This document shows, piece after piece, positions 1 through 13,000 of a DNA stretch of 64,000 nucleotides. The position numbers and the translations under genes were made by a program. The DNA comes from Moniliella sp. 'wahieum' (taxonomy: Eukaryota), in the NCBI GenBank assembly GCA_003971905.1, contig RSEE01000020.1, positions 434,001 to 498,000 on the forward strand, read 5' to 3'. The notes under the pieces were generated by a model. It saw only the letters and a list, made by a program, of their open reading frames with translations, was not told the origin of the DNA and searched no databases. How positions within the stretch are numbered: the first letter of the stretch is position 1; each line of letters opens with the position of its first letter.

Positions 1-383
1 GACCGCATCTTGCCCGCGCCGGTAATTGGGCTGTTGAGAGGGGCCTGTTAGATGAGATGACGTTCTGGGCCCCCCATGCCTGCTTGGGGTCGTGGGCTGG
101 TGTCTGTCGAGCGCAGGGGATGCGGCCCATCAAAATGGGGAGCGACGTGAGATGGCTCATAGTCTTACGCCAGAGCTGCCTCACGCTGCGTAAAGTCGGT
201 GGGCCACTGAACCGGGGAGGGGTACACGTGGGATAGATTCGGCGGGCCGTGCGAGGACTACGCGACTACGCGTCGCAGTGTGACGGGCGAAACTAAATAA
301 AGACCCACATCGCGCAACCCTGGTTCCAGCTGCGCCCTTCGCCAGCCGGCAGCGCTCATCTCCCAATTACCACCACCACTCCC

Positions 384-2126
384 ATGCCACGCCTCGCCAC
401 GTCTGAGCAGCAGCACCGCCACCTCGCCCCGCCCATCGGCAGCCGCCGCTGGACCTGCTCATCTGGTACAAGCCTGTGCCCATGGACACGCTCTTGCTGC
501 CAACAGCCTGCCCTTGCCTCCGCAGGCGCAGGTGCCCCGTGCCAACCCAGCCGAGGTCAGGGTGGCAATCGGCACCACGGCACTGACGGTTGCTCAAGAC
601 GGCTGCGGTGCTGTGGATCCTGGACGACCTTGCGATTGGGTGGCACCTGTTCAAGGAGGGTGCTGCCATTGCCTTCGTCGTACAACTCATGGTCGACTTG
701 CTCCGCAGCTGGGCCATCCTAGCCCTGGCTGTCATCATCCGCCGCACTCCCAGTCGGCACATGTGCTGCTCTCTCTGGCCCACTATTACCATCCTCACCA
801 TCTTGTCGTTGGGCGAGATCGGTCGTTCGGTACGCTGCGCCCTGTCTGCTCTTTTGCTCGTATCGTTACTCATGCTCTGCAGTCGTATCCCAAGTCATGT
901 ACTCCAAAGCGCGTAGCCGCTGGCACAACACGAGAAACTGGAACTCTTGGAGCTGGAAACGATGGGACTGCTCTTGCTTGACTTGCTGTGCTGGCTGTGC
1001 TGCCACGTCATCTACCTTCTGGGCGAAGCCCCCTCAACGAATTCCTCACTACCGAGATCTTCCCCGAACAGGTCTATGTGATCCTTCCACCAGGAAACTG
1101 CTCGGCCAACGCCCTCCTCCCCGCCCCAACACCCCGCGTCCTCCCTCACAGAGAACTCCTCTGGTTGCCCCACCACCCGCTGTTCCTTCCCCTGACCCAC
1201 ACCGACTCCGCCCCCCCAACCCCGGCAAACGGTCCAGCCCGCCCCAAGCCACGACAACCTTCCCCCCCACCGCCCCACAAGACCATAAGACACCACGCAG
1301 CCTGTCACAGGCACCCTGATTGACGCCCCGCCGTCGTACACCCCTATCGATGAGACTCTCACTTCGGCTCCTGCCGCTTCGACGACCGCAACCGAAACGG
1401 AGAGCATGGCTGAACGTCTTCCCCACGCGCAGAGCAGAGACGGACAGCGGCGATGGAATGGGACTGGGAGGACCAGCCGTTGCAAAGTTCTGAGTCGGAC
1501 CCCCAAGCTGCTTGGGGAAACTAAACCCGTCGCACCCGTGCGCATGTGCCTTCCCCTTCCTCAGCCTCGGCCTCTGCCTCTTTTTCCTCCTCCTTCTCTG
1601 CCTCCTTCTCCTTCTTCACTTCTTACCGTCTTGGTCCGCTTCATCCTCCAAGCCACGCATCTTCACGACTCCTTGTGCGGCAGACTTGACGTTCACCCCA
1701 TCGTCGCCATTGCATTGTATTGGCGTCATGAAACTGCCCGCTTTTGCTAGCCATTGAACAACGATCCTACCATCGAGTTTCCACTCTGGCTGGTGTTCCC
1801 TTGTCCCTATTGTCACTATGGCCTGAACTAGCAGAGGAGGCTGTGGAGGGTTGAGGGTTGAGGATTGAGGTTCGGTGTGTCGGATTCAAACTCACATGGT
1901 TCCCTTGACTTGGTACCACTGCAGTAGCGTTGGAACATTCAAGGAAGCTGTCGGGATGGGAGAGAGATTCAGCTGTGTTGGCTGGGGGGGGCATTACCCC
2001 CTCATGCGTCTTCATCTGGTTGGGTACCATCATCGAGATGGAGATGGCTTTTACAATTCTACTAGACTGAATCCGACGCACCGCTGCTCCAAAACCAAAG
2101 GAGGAATTCGTGTGGTATTCAGCTAG
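384..2126 (+). CDS. Hypothetical membrane protein (frameshifted; extent uncertain)
   Basis: Hydrophobic segments in ORF 590-916 (AAVLWILDDLAIGWHL...AAIAFVVQLMVDLL...WAILALAVII...ITILTILSL). Candidate intron ~829-882 (GTACGC...TGCAG). Pro/Ser-rich downstream ORFs. No family recognised. Confidence 0.3.
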
Positions 2127-2429
2127 GCGGAGAACCACACATGCACAGATGCTCACCAATCCCTTGTTCGTCTCGGGAGGTAGATAACATAGCCGCCGTC
2201 GTATCCGTTGCGATTTAGGCCGTGACAAGCAAAAGGTAACAAAAAGATGTAATTGGTCGTAAAAGCAGAGAGGGAGTGAGGTAAAGCGTTCGTAACAAGA
2301 GAAGGAAGGGACGAGGAGAGAAAGTAGGCAGGAATAACCCACTCCCCGGCCGCTATAGGGGAATAAGCGAGGAGAGGCAAACAGAAAGAAGGATATGCAG
2401 AAGGAAGAGGCACCTGAGGCTACGCTTTC

Positions 2430-4692
2430 TTAGCAGTTGTCTTCCTGGATCAACTCGGCACCAATCTCGCCAATGGCGTAGGTAAGCGTGAGAAGATGCT
2501 GCGAGAAGAGATGGGGGCAATCGAGGCATCAATGACACGCAGACCGTTGGTGTTGTACACATTCAACCGGTCGTCGACCACCCACCGTGCTCGAGGGGAA
2601 GCATGGCATTGGACGAGGAAGGGTGGTATTCCGTTCCAGCATTCTGCTTCAGGTACCGGCTCCACTGCTTGCTCGTCTTGACCTTGGCTGAGGCGTCGGA
2701 CTCGCCCTTGACGTACTTGGACATGGTCTTGGACTCACCAATCTTGCGTGCCATCTCACAGCCGTGGGACAGGAGGTGAATGTCGATTTTGTTCTTGCCA
2801 AAGCCAGGGTCGATGGCCGGAGCATCAAATGCATTGTTGCTCTTGATCTGGATACTGCCATGCGAGGTGGGGTGCTGAAGGCCACACTGAATCAAGATGG
2901 AACCGTCCATCATAAACAGCAGGATCTCCACAGCGGGCACGTCGGCCGGGTAGAAAGTGTGGGTCAACTGGTGCAGCGTGGCACGGTAGCCCTGCTTGAC
3001 CGTTTCCGGCGCATCGTAGGCATCGACATACTTGTCCATGTTGGACGTGATGTTCTTGACGATTTCCTCAATTCCACCAGCTTCGAGTGGGCACGTAGGC
3101 CACCGCACTGTTGGCCCACGAGTCCTTGGCAGGGTCCCCAGTGAAATTGCTCGGGGGCATCTTCACGCCATCCGCGGCAGTGTACATGAGCGATGAGCTG
3201 AGGTGGTCTTGGAGGTGGAACCCGACGCCCGGAACATCCCCTTGCTCTACCTTGGCCGCATCCAGCACCGACTTGTCTCCCACACCCGAAAGTTGCAAAA
3301 GTTGAGCCGAACCCACGGTACCAGCCGAAAGAATCACTTCCTTCTTGGCCTTGACGGTGACACGGACGAGTGGTTCGACTTGGCATATTGCACACCCGTC
3401 GCACCGGCGTCTTGGAGGAACGGTCAACAGAATCTTGGTAGCTTGGTGGCCGACAAGCACATGAAGGTTGCTCCGGTACAGGTAAGGGTCCAGATAGCCC
3501 GTGCGGGAGACTGCGGGTCCAGTTGGAGGGGTTGATGGCTGAGGTACTGAGGAAAGGGCCGGTGTTGTTGCCACTGTCGGGTCGTGGTTGACGACAATGC
3601 CCAGCGAGTCTTGGGCACCTTGGAGGAACGCACCAACACTGGCAAAGCTTGTGCCAGGCCAGAATGGTGGATCGGGCCAGATTCACCGTGAGATTCTTCG
3701 TCGTACCACAACAGCTTGTGTGGCGGTCCGGCGCACCTTGTTTGACAATCTTCTCCAGCCCCTTCTTGGGCTTGGTAAACGTCTCGGTTTTCTTCAGGTA
3801 GCAAACATGTTTTCCCAGCCCCAGGTGTCCTCGGCATCGTCGGAAATGTCCGAAACAAGGTTGGCCCAACCTTTCTGCTCGGCTTCGGGCTGACGGACAA
3901 GACATTCCGTTAATAGCACTCGATCCGCCTGCACGTTCGTAATCAATCCACCTCGAGAGTCAGTTTGGATGTGAAGAGGCGACTAGGAAGAGAAACAGGA
4001 CATACCGAGCACTTTTCCGCGGGGGTAGTAGATGGTGCGTCCACCCAGCCCCGACTGGGCGACGGTGTTGTCAGCCCAGTCTTTGACCGTGTGTTCGGAC
4101 GAGTTGATGAGCTATGCGCCGAGAGGGAATGGAATGAGAGGTTAGCACTACATGTGGATCCACGCGCGAATGACCGGACGAAAGGATATGAGGAGACAGT
4201 GAAAAGGGAAAAACGTACCATGGCACTGGGTGTGGTGATGGAAGGATCGCCTTCGCCGTGATGCCAGCTTCAATGACCGCGACGCTCACGGACGAGTCTT
4301 CGGACAGACGCGAGGCGACTACGAGGCCAGCGGTACCGCCCGCGACGATTACTGGTGAGAGACACGGAACGAATTGAGGACCGTATGATCAGCTTTGTGG
4401 CGTGATGAGAGATAGACGTTTAACGTCGCCTACATGGAAGGTGGGCGACAGGGGGCGGGGAGAAGAATGAAGTGGGAGAGTAAGTGCGCACCATAGTCAA
4501 ATGTTTTGCCGTCGAACTTCTTGCCGTTGGTGGAGATGCCGTGGGCGCGGAGGGGCGTTGGCGTGGGCGGTGCGGCGTTCGAAGGCAGGTGCATGGGAGG
4601 CGGCGACGGTGCTGACGGTGGCAACGGTGGCGGCGAGGGCGAGGGAGGGGCGAGGCGGCGCCAGCTGCGTGGCTGGCTGGAGGGCGGGCCAT
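2430..4692 (-). CDS. Secreted GMC (AA3) FAD oxidoreductase, glucose oxidase/dehydrogenase-like
   Basis: Ala/Leu-rich signal-like N-terminus. FAD-binding motif DY|VIVAGGTAGLVVASRLSED..VSVAVIEAG (~4350-4265), KKEVILSAGTVGSAQLLQLSGVG, PGVGFHLQDH, EYHPSSSNAM, LRVIDASI and C-terminal SQHLLTLTYAIGEIGAELIQEDNC* (stop 2430-2432). Several introns and indels. Confidence 0.9.
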
Positions 4693-5048
4693 GGCACAAA
4701 GGAGGTGGGTAGGGGTGAAGGAGTGTGGTGGTGGGAGTGGTGGTGGCGAGAGGGAAGCGTGGTGGCTGGGTCATATTATACGAAGCGGAGCTGGGTAGAC
4801 GCCTTCACCCCTGGACTGCTCCGCCCAATCTTGGCCCAACTGGTGGCGGCTGGGGGGGGGGGGCTGCGCGCCCTGCCGCGGCGTCTCACCGGTCTCACAG
4901 CGCCCCTGTGCGGGGTCTGTGTTGGGCCTGCTCCTGTCCTCGATAATCGCTCGATACTCGGAAATCAGTGGCCCCTCCGCCCCCCCGCCGGATCTGAAAC
5001 GTTTCAGGTGTGCCTGCGTTCTGCACGTTTGAAAACACGTCCCGGCTT

Positions 5049-5061
5049 AATTTTTTTTCGC
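5049..5061 (+). promoter_or_regulatory. RRPE-like A/T tract upstream of DBP7
   Basis: AATTTTTTTTCGC ~90 bp before the DBP7 ATG in otherwise very GC-rich DNA. Resembles the RRPE element of fungal ribosome-biogenesis genes. Confidence 0.35.
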
Positions 5062-5145
5062 TTCACCAGCCAGGCCCAGCCACCCCCGCACCGCCACCCG
5101 CACCACCTCCTCTCCCGCACCACACCACCCCCCTCGCTTGCAGCC

Positions 5146-8047
5146 ATGGCCGACGAGCTGCAGCTCAATTCGCGCCTCCCACGCCCAAAACACCCGTTAC
5201 CCTCCGCCGATGCTCTCGGCACTGGCCGCGGTGCCAACGCAGCAGCCAAGGCCACCCCACCCGGCCAGCAGCGTCTTCTTCGACCGCTGCTGCCCTGGGG
5301 CCTGCCCCTGCTGCCACCGGCGCCTACAACCCCCTGGCGTTCTCAGCGCCCGAGGCCGTACTGGGAAACGCTCTGCGGACGATGACGCTGCGGGAAGCTC
5401 TGATAATCCACCAACAAGCGTTCGCGCGTTGGCCACGACTCGGCGATGCGCCTCCGCCACGGACCGAGGGGGACGAGATGAGCTCGTCTCTTTTTAGTCG
5501 TGTTCCATTCCGCGTTTGCAAAAGTCTCCAAGTCTTCCGTTCACCTCGGTCCTTCCAACGCGCCCACCACCGGTCCGTGACGTTCGATTCCTTGGGCCTT
5601 CACCCGCTGCTGGTCCGCACCTCAAGGGCCCTAATATGGGCATTGGCGAACGGCCTACTGATATTCAGAAACGCGCATTGACGTATCTCTTGCCGCAGGG
5701 CGGCTACTTGTGGACGGGGACGAGGGCGACCAGGCCCAGCCGCCCGCCGAGGAGAGACGTTGATGGCCAGCCAAACCGGGTCGGGCAAGTCTCTTGCCTT
5801 CTTGCTGCCCATCCTCGATCGCTCTTGCCCCTCTCCACACTCTCCTTTATCGATCGCAGCGTCGGCGGGTGTCTGGCCATCTCCTCACCCCCACGCGTGA
5901 ACTTGCGCGGCAGATTTACGAAGTGTTGGAAAAGCTGGTCAGCTTGCCCCTGCGCCTGCAAAATGCTTCGGGCGAAACGCAGGACGAGGTCCCGCATGGC
6001 ACTTGGATCGTACCCACTTTCTCTGTGGTGGATCGACCAAGAATCACGAGAAGCGGCGTCCCGCAAGGGCAGCACCATTGTCGTTGCCACGCCGGGCGGC
6101 TGTTGGACCACTTGCAAAACACCGCGTCGTTTGAAGTGGGCAAACTGCGTTGGCTTGTGCTCGATAGGCAGACCGACTGATGAACTGGGATTCAAGGAAT
6201 CGCTCGAGGGCATTTTCCGTGCCCTCGAGGGCCGACGCAAACTTCTCTCGCTGCGGCCAAGGCCAACGCAATGGCTTCCGACAGTATCCATGACAATGGC
6301 TATGCCCGACGGACCGTACAAGATGAGGATGTGTTGGAGACCATGGGGGTCCATTGGTGGGCGGGTCGCCGTACCGTGTTGTGCTCGGCAACGATCGACG
6401 AAGACATTCAGGCGCTGGCCGGACAGGCACTCAAGATCCCATCGTCATCCGTGGTCATGGAGGGAAGGATGATGAGGCGGTCAAGCGGTTGCCTCTCGAG
6501 CCAAAGGAGATTGACTCTAAGGCTCTCAATCTGGAGCGGAGCGCGTGTTCACGGCCGCCAGCTCAGCTGCTACAGAACTATGTTGGTCCCACCCAAACTG
6601 AGGCTGGTAACCTCATCGCTCTCCTTCGCCAGTCGATATACAACCACAAGACCGCCAGTCTGCCCTGCCTGGTCCCCAGGGATCATTGTTTATGAGCTGT
6701 TGACCGACAGTGTCGATTTCCACTGGCTCGGCATGGGTGGGTTCAAAATGGGCGATGCTGGGCTCAAGGAGCCTGAGGAGGACGAAGTGGCCAAGGACAA
6801 GCGCAAGGTATTCCTTACCAACCCGCTCTTGCCTGGTACCTCTTTCTACCGTCTTCACGGTAGCATGACCCAACAGGAACGCATTGCTTCACTCCGATCC
6901 TTTGCCTCCAAACAAGCCCATGCTGAAAGAGGGAAAGGCAGAGGGAGAGGGAGAGGAGCAAGAGGCGCACAAGGCGTCGGTCTTGTTTTGTACGTCGGTT
7001 GCGTCTCGCGGCTTGGATTTGCCCTCGGTCAGCACGGTCGTGCAGCTGGATGCCCCCACCGAGGGGGGCCCGTAGGAATATGTCCATCGGATCGGTCGTA
7101 CGGCCCGTGTGGGAAGAGCGGGCAAGTCATGGATCATGCTCTTGCCCACGAGTCCCCATCATCCAAAAGTACCAAGACGGAATGATCATCGACACCCCAA
7201 AAAGTCTATCCTACCATTGAGCCCGTGATTTCCGTGATGCTCTCAAGTCGGGCTTTGGGGGTGAGAATGACGAGTACGAGGCGCGGGGACGGATGTGCAA
7301 CTGGCATGGGAACGATGGGTGCTCAATTCGGAATCGGTACGTGCTACAGCTTGTTACTTCTTTTTTCTTCCTCATTTGCTTTTGCTTTTGCTTTGCCCAT
7401 TTGGTGTTCTTTCTGGCTAACCTGCAACCTGCTCCGACTGTCCTGTTAGGCTGCCGACCAAGCGCGTGCGGCGTTCCAAGCTCACCTGCGCGCATACGCT
7501 ACGCACCCCGTCTCGGAAAAGGGCATCTTTAGTCTGCGCGACGTGCATCTGGGTCACATTGCCAAGGCGTTTGCGCTACGCGAAGCCCCAGCTACGATCA
7601 AGGCCAAGGCCAAGAAGCACGCCGCAGAGGTGGCTGCTGCCGAAGCGGTCGAGAGCCGGGACAGGCGCAAGGTGCGTCGCGCCCAAGCCGCAGCCGAAGA
7701 GGCGCAAGAACACCAAGCGGGCGCACCAGCCGGACGACGTGGGTGCGAGCTCCGACTCGGAGTCGGATTCGGATTCGGATGGCGAGTCGGACTCGGACGA
7801 CGCGGAAGGAGAGGGCAGAGAGAAGCCCAAGGGCAAGGCGGCGACGATGGACCGCATGCTGGCCTTGGCCAAGGCGGCTGGCTCCAACGCCACTCGCAAA
7901 CCCTTTGCTGGACCCAAGCTCAAGGCCAGAGCCAAGGAGCAGTCGGCCGAGGCGCGGATGTACGCGGCGGTGCGGCACTTGGGAAAACGGTCGAAGAAGG
8001 AGGGCAAGTTGGTGGCATCGGGCGTGGACGATTTCCAGATTGCATGA
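5146..8047 (+). CDS. DBP7: ATP-dependent DEAD-box RNA helicase Dbp7 (60S biogenesis)
   Basis: MADELQLN start, PTDIQKRAL Q-motif, PTRELARQIY, LRWLVLD, LCSAT, YRLHGSMTQQER, FCTSVASRGLDLP, HRIGRTARVG, HLGHIAKAFALREAP and C-terminal DDFQIA*. Intron 7337-7449. Confidence 0.92.
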
Positions 8048-8323
8048 GACTCTTGGGGGGGAGGTTGACTTTGTGTGCTGTGTGGCTTGGGCTGTAGTGT
8101 TCGACTGGGGGGGATTGGCGAGATAGCGCGATCGGTGCAACTTGTGGCGGCGCCGAAACACGAAACATTCAATCGCCCACGCTGGACGTACCAACGCCGG
8201 CTGGGCGGATGGGTGCGGCCCGAGCGGGGGACGCGGCGTGTGAATGGAAACTGCGGAGGGCCTCGGCCTCAGCTGTTCCCCCCACCCACACCCCTCCCAG
8301 CCTCCATCCCCCGCCCCATCGCC

Positions 8324-9759
8324 ATGGCCGCCCCCACGTCTTCCCCCAGCCCTACACAGCCATCGACACCCACTTCCACCTCCTCCAGTGGGCCGCCCCC
8401 GACGTGCTGCACGTCAGCTTCAACCGCCCGCCCGTCAACGCCTTGATCGACCCGCTGTGGCAAGAAACCCACCGCATCTTTGACCATCTCCGCCGCGACA
8501 GCGATGTGCGTGCGGTGTGCTCAGTGGCCAGAACCGATGCTTTACCGCCGGCCTTGATGGTACGTCTTTTGCCTTCTTTCCTTTTTCCTTTTTCCTTTTG
8601 CCTTTGCTCTCGGTCTCGCTTCGTGCGCGTCTGGTACTGGTCGCTCTGACCAGTGACTTGCCTCCACGCCATGCCCACAGTGTTTGCCAGCTCCTTCCCT
8701 GACGGCGGCAGCGACCCGGCGCGCAAGGCGTTTCTCCTGCGTGAATACGTACGGGACTTTCAAGCTGCCATCTCGTCCATTGGTACGTCCTCTCTGTGCC
8801 TCTCTGCCTCTTCTTTCTCTTGGCCCTGGTTCGGTTACTTGTTCTGACCTTGTACGCCAGAGGACTGCGCGAGAAACCGGTGATTGCGCTGCGCAAACTA
8901 CTGCCTTGGCGCAGGGATCGATCTGCTGTCTGCCTGCGACATTCGCTATGCTGCTTCCGACTCGACGTTTAGCATCAAGGAAGTGGACATTGGTTTGGCG
9001 GCTGACATTGGCACGCTTCAACGGTTCCCCAAAATCGTCCGGTCCGAATCGGTGGTGCGCGAACTGGCCTTGACGGCGAGAAACTTTGGTGCGCAAGAAG
9101 CACTGGAGATTGGGTTTGTGTCCAAGGTGGTCCAAGGATCGTATAATGAAGTTCGGGTACGTCTCCCCCCTTTTCTCCCTTTCTTTTCTTTTCTTGCTTT
9201 GACGTTGAGCCCCGACGGTTGCCCTGGGTCTGGGCTGCGGGGATGGTAGTCTGATCAATCTGTGCTTCATGTCCTGCGTTTCAGCCGAGGCGATCCAAAC
9301 TGCCGCCCTGATCGCATCCAAGTCCCCTGTCGCAAGCGCAGCACAAAAGTACTCCTGGTTCACTCGCGAGACCACAGGTACGTTTCGTCCCGTTTTGTTC
9401 CGTTTTGTTTGTTTTTTCCCCTTCGGTTGGCTTGGTCTGGGCTGCGTACTGAGCAAGGCTTTGGATGGTCAACCCATCGTCATGGTGCAATGGCGCACCG
9501 TAGTGTCGAGGAGGGGCTTCGGTTTACACGCGCTTGGAACGCGGCCATGCTGCAGTCGGACGATGTTGTGGTACGTAATGATCTTAGCTGGGCTGGCAGG
9601 ATGAGGACGGTTGCGGGTGCGGGTGCAGGTGGGTTGGATGTGGATCGTGAGCCGGAACGACTAACAAGGATCTGGTCTCGTCCCCTTCGTCCCCCCTCTG
9701 CCCAGGCGGCCATGATGGCGACGATGCAGAAGAAGAAGGCGTCCTTTGCTAAATTGTGA
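8324..9759 (+). CDS. ECH1: Delta(3,5)-Delta(2,4)-dienoyl-CoA isomerase (crotonase family), peroxisomal PTS1
   Basis: VLHVSFNRPPVNA, CFTAGLD, DPARKAF, CLGAGIDLLSACDIRY, FSIKEVDIGLAADIGTLQRFPKIV, IASKSPVA, HSRDH|SVEEGL, WNAAMLQSDD and C-terminal FAKL*. Five introns: 8560-8680, 8783-8860, 9157-9283, 9378-9503, 9571-9705. Confidence 0.9.
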
Positions 9760-10070
9760 GAACAACCATCGCGTATTAGCGGGATCCGATCTCGATCAGC
9801 CCAATCAGCAATATGTGCCAACGAGATGAAACGACCATGTGGCGTGGGGTCTGCTGGAGTTTGTTTTTGCCGTTACATTGGGTGGATGGGTAGTGGCTAC
9901 TGGGCTACTGGCCACTTCTCCGCCTTTTGGGCCGTACTTCATGCAGCAGAGCGCCAGCGCTACAGCTCTTCTCGTATTGCGCCCTAGTTCCTCAGTTCGC
10001 TCGACGTGGACGTTGCACAGAGTGCTACACGCCTAGAACGTACATGGTAATTGCCAATCGCCACACATTG

Positions 10071-13000
10071 CTATAGCTGTCTGGCGCCAGGCAAGGCAAG
10101 GGAGAGGGTATGGTAGATGACTGTTGTGGAAACCGAGGTGGGCGGCTTGCGCACCGAGTTTCCTAGCCCGTCAGCGCCGCCGCTGCGGCGGCTGCCACTT
10201 CGGCATACGTCACTTCGGTTCTCTCTTGGGAAGCGGATAGGGGTAGGGCGGCAAAGGCGGCTGGGGCGGAAGAGGGAGGAAGCATCGACGATTTGGACAC
10301 GTGAGTGGGTGTATGGAGGTCGAGTAAACCCTGGGTAAAGCTGGTGCGGTCTTCGGTCGGTCCTGGGGGGGCAAGCGGGTGCCTGAGCCGCGATGGGAAG
10401 AAAGACGAGAAGATCGTGTGCCCGTCGGTCGGTCTAGCTCCATACGGCGATGCAGAAAGCCCGTGTCCATAAGCTGCAGCACATCCAACTCTTCCGTCCG
10501 CCCACTCTTCTGCATCAGATGGTCCATCGCCCCAGCCAAAGCAAGGTAGGAAGTCACGAAGCGTTCGTGGCCACTCAGCTGCGCCGGGCGTAACTCTCCC
10601 CCACCCCTTCCGCGCGGCGGATCTTCCTCGAACCGGCGGGGATGCGACGTGGACAAGGGCCGCAAACTCGGGCGGACGACTTCGACTGCGCGGAGGCTTG
10701 CTCTGACTCCGCCCGATCGCCCTTCCAGCCCCACTGGAACGAACACGCGACGAGGTGGGGACACTGCCTTGCCTCGCACCCATTGCGGCCGAGGCGGGAG
10801 CAGACTAAAGATGACCAGCTCGCCGTGCGGACCAAAGCTGGCACCGCACCGGCGTGGCGGCAGCGGTGGAGCCAGCGTCGTCGACGGAAGCACCACTTCG
10901 CCTTCGTCCCGACGAGGCAGATGAATCGTCCGGCCGCGGCAGCGACGGTAGGTCAGCACCACGCAGAAACTGGACACTTTATCCGCTGTCGGGATTTGTT
11001 CCTCGGCTCCCTGTTGGGTAATCTCGGTGAGGTGAGGGACGCAGAAGGTAGGCTCGGGTGCGGAGGGATACCTTGGGACTCCGGTCCAGGTCGTACTCCA
11101 ACGCTTGCGCAGGGTAGTCCGGCGGCCATGCAGTCGTACCCGCACAAACACAGGTTCTCTCCGCGCCCACGGGCCGTACAGCGTCACGATGCAATACCGC
11201 TCTGCCACCTCAATCTGCGTCGGGCTTAGTTAGTATCATCCCTTCTCTCTCTGGCCTGCACACAAAACCTAGCGAGGTAAGCAAAGAGTCGACTCACTTT
11301 CTCAAGTTGACCCGATGTTTGTTGAGCGCCATGATTTCCTCATTGATGGGCAGCGTGTTGCGCGGTCGCGAGTGGGACTGTGAGTTCGAATGCGAATGCG
11401 AATGCGATGCGAGTGGGACCGGACTGGGACCGGGACGGGATTGGTCCGAGGCCAAGGGGGACGTGTGACTCAACGTCGTCGAGCAGATCGAGTCGTCATC
11501 CCTGTCCACCTTGACCCTCGCCATCCAGTCGAGACGGTCCTGTCCCTCGGGCTGACGGTTGGCGTTGGAACGTGCCCCCTGATGGTCATGTACCCTTTGG
11601 GGCGTCGAAGCCGCGGCGGGGCAACGGCCTGCGGCCGCGGAGGCACCATCGTCGTTGCGCGGGGGTAGGCTTCGCGCAGTCGCTTGAGCGGGGAGCGCTG
11701 CGTTCACCTCATTGGCCACGTGGGGCAAGAGCGCGGCCATGCGCCGTTCCAACGGCGACATGGTCTGTCTTGTTCCCGCGAATAGGAGCCAGTGGAAGGC
11801 CGCGGCCAACGAGCCTACCAGCGCATTCGTAATCCGAGTCGATACCCGTGCATCGGGCCCAGGACCCGAGCGCAGAAGCCGACCCACGGCGTCGGGCGGT
11901 CGGAAACTTCCAGCTTGGGACTGGAGCTGGAAATCTCAAGAGAGTGGTTGGGCACCGAGGAGGCAAGCGGTACATTGGGTGTCTGTCAGCGGGGAAGGCA
12001 CCCATGCCCTTTCCCGAAGCGCCCCAGCTGGCACTCAGCTCAACGCGGGCCTGTGGGCTGGAGGTGGGGGAGGAGGCAGAGGCGGTGTGGGTGACGTGAT
12101 ATGAGCGGCGGGTGGAGAAAGCCTTGTTCACTAGGAGGGATCCGGTACGAAATGTCGGTGCGCCAGCACGCGTGATGCGATTGATCTTCCCCCCGGTTTG
12201 TGGCCCACTTGCTCCGCCAACGTCTGGGCACGTTCCACATGCGCAAGGTACGGTCCCTGCTCCACGTGAGCAGCTGGAAGCGGCGATCGTCGTGGTCCGG
12301 GTCCGCCCGCCATGAGAACGAAAGAGGAACTCTTGACCACATCCGTGTGGCCTTCAAACCGGTGCACGGGGGCCAGGCGAAAGTGCTGGTCCCCTTGTTC
12401 GAGCGCACGGCGTTGGGAGGGCAGTATGTGCATGGCTTCCGAGGTGCTCCACATGCTCACGGCAAAATCCGAACGTTGCGGCATAGTCATCACACCCTGG
12501 CCAAAGGGAAGGTGGCGTGCGCGCCACAATGGTGTCGGCGCTGGATCTCCCGTGGGCTCAGTGACCAGCTCGCGCTTGCCCACCTTCTTGCGCATGAGGT
12601 GGACAAGTCCCAATACTTGACCATGCCATCGAGGGAGCAGGTGATCAGTTGGTTTGGCGCCATTGGTCACATCCCGAGACCAATCCAAGCCATAAATCCG
12701 CGACACATGCCCTTCAATCGTGGCCAGCGTAGCGCGCCCTTGCGCGAGTCCCAGATCAACACTTTATTGTCGACCGCCGTCGCCAGCGGTACTCGTCCGC
12801 CCGGTTCCACTTGACCTGCGTTGCACTAGCGTTCCAGGCAGAATACCCTGCGCTGGCTTGCCTGCACCTCGACCCCCGCGAGCGCCATCTGACTCGTTGA
12901 CCATCCGCAAAGTCCCAGACCACGTCCAAGTGTCGATGCCACAGGACGCCACCACGTCGTGGTGGAAGGGAGACCAGTTGATATCGGTGATGGCCCGCCG

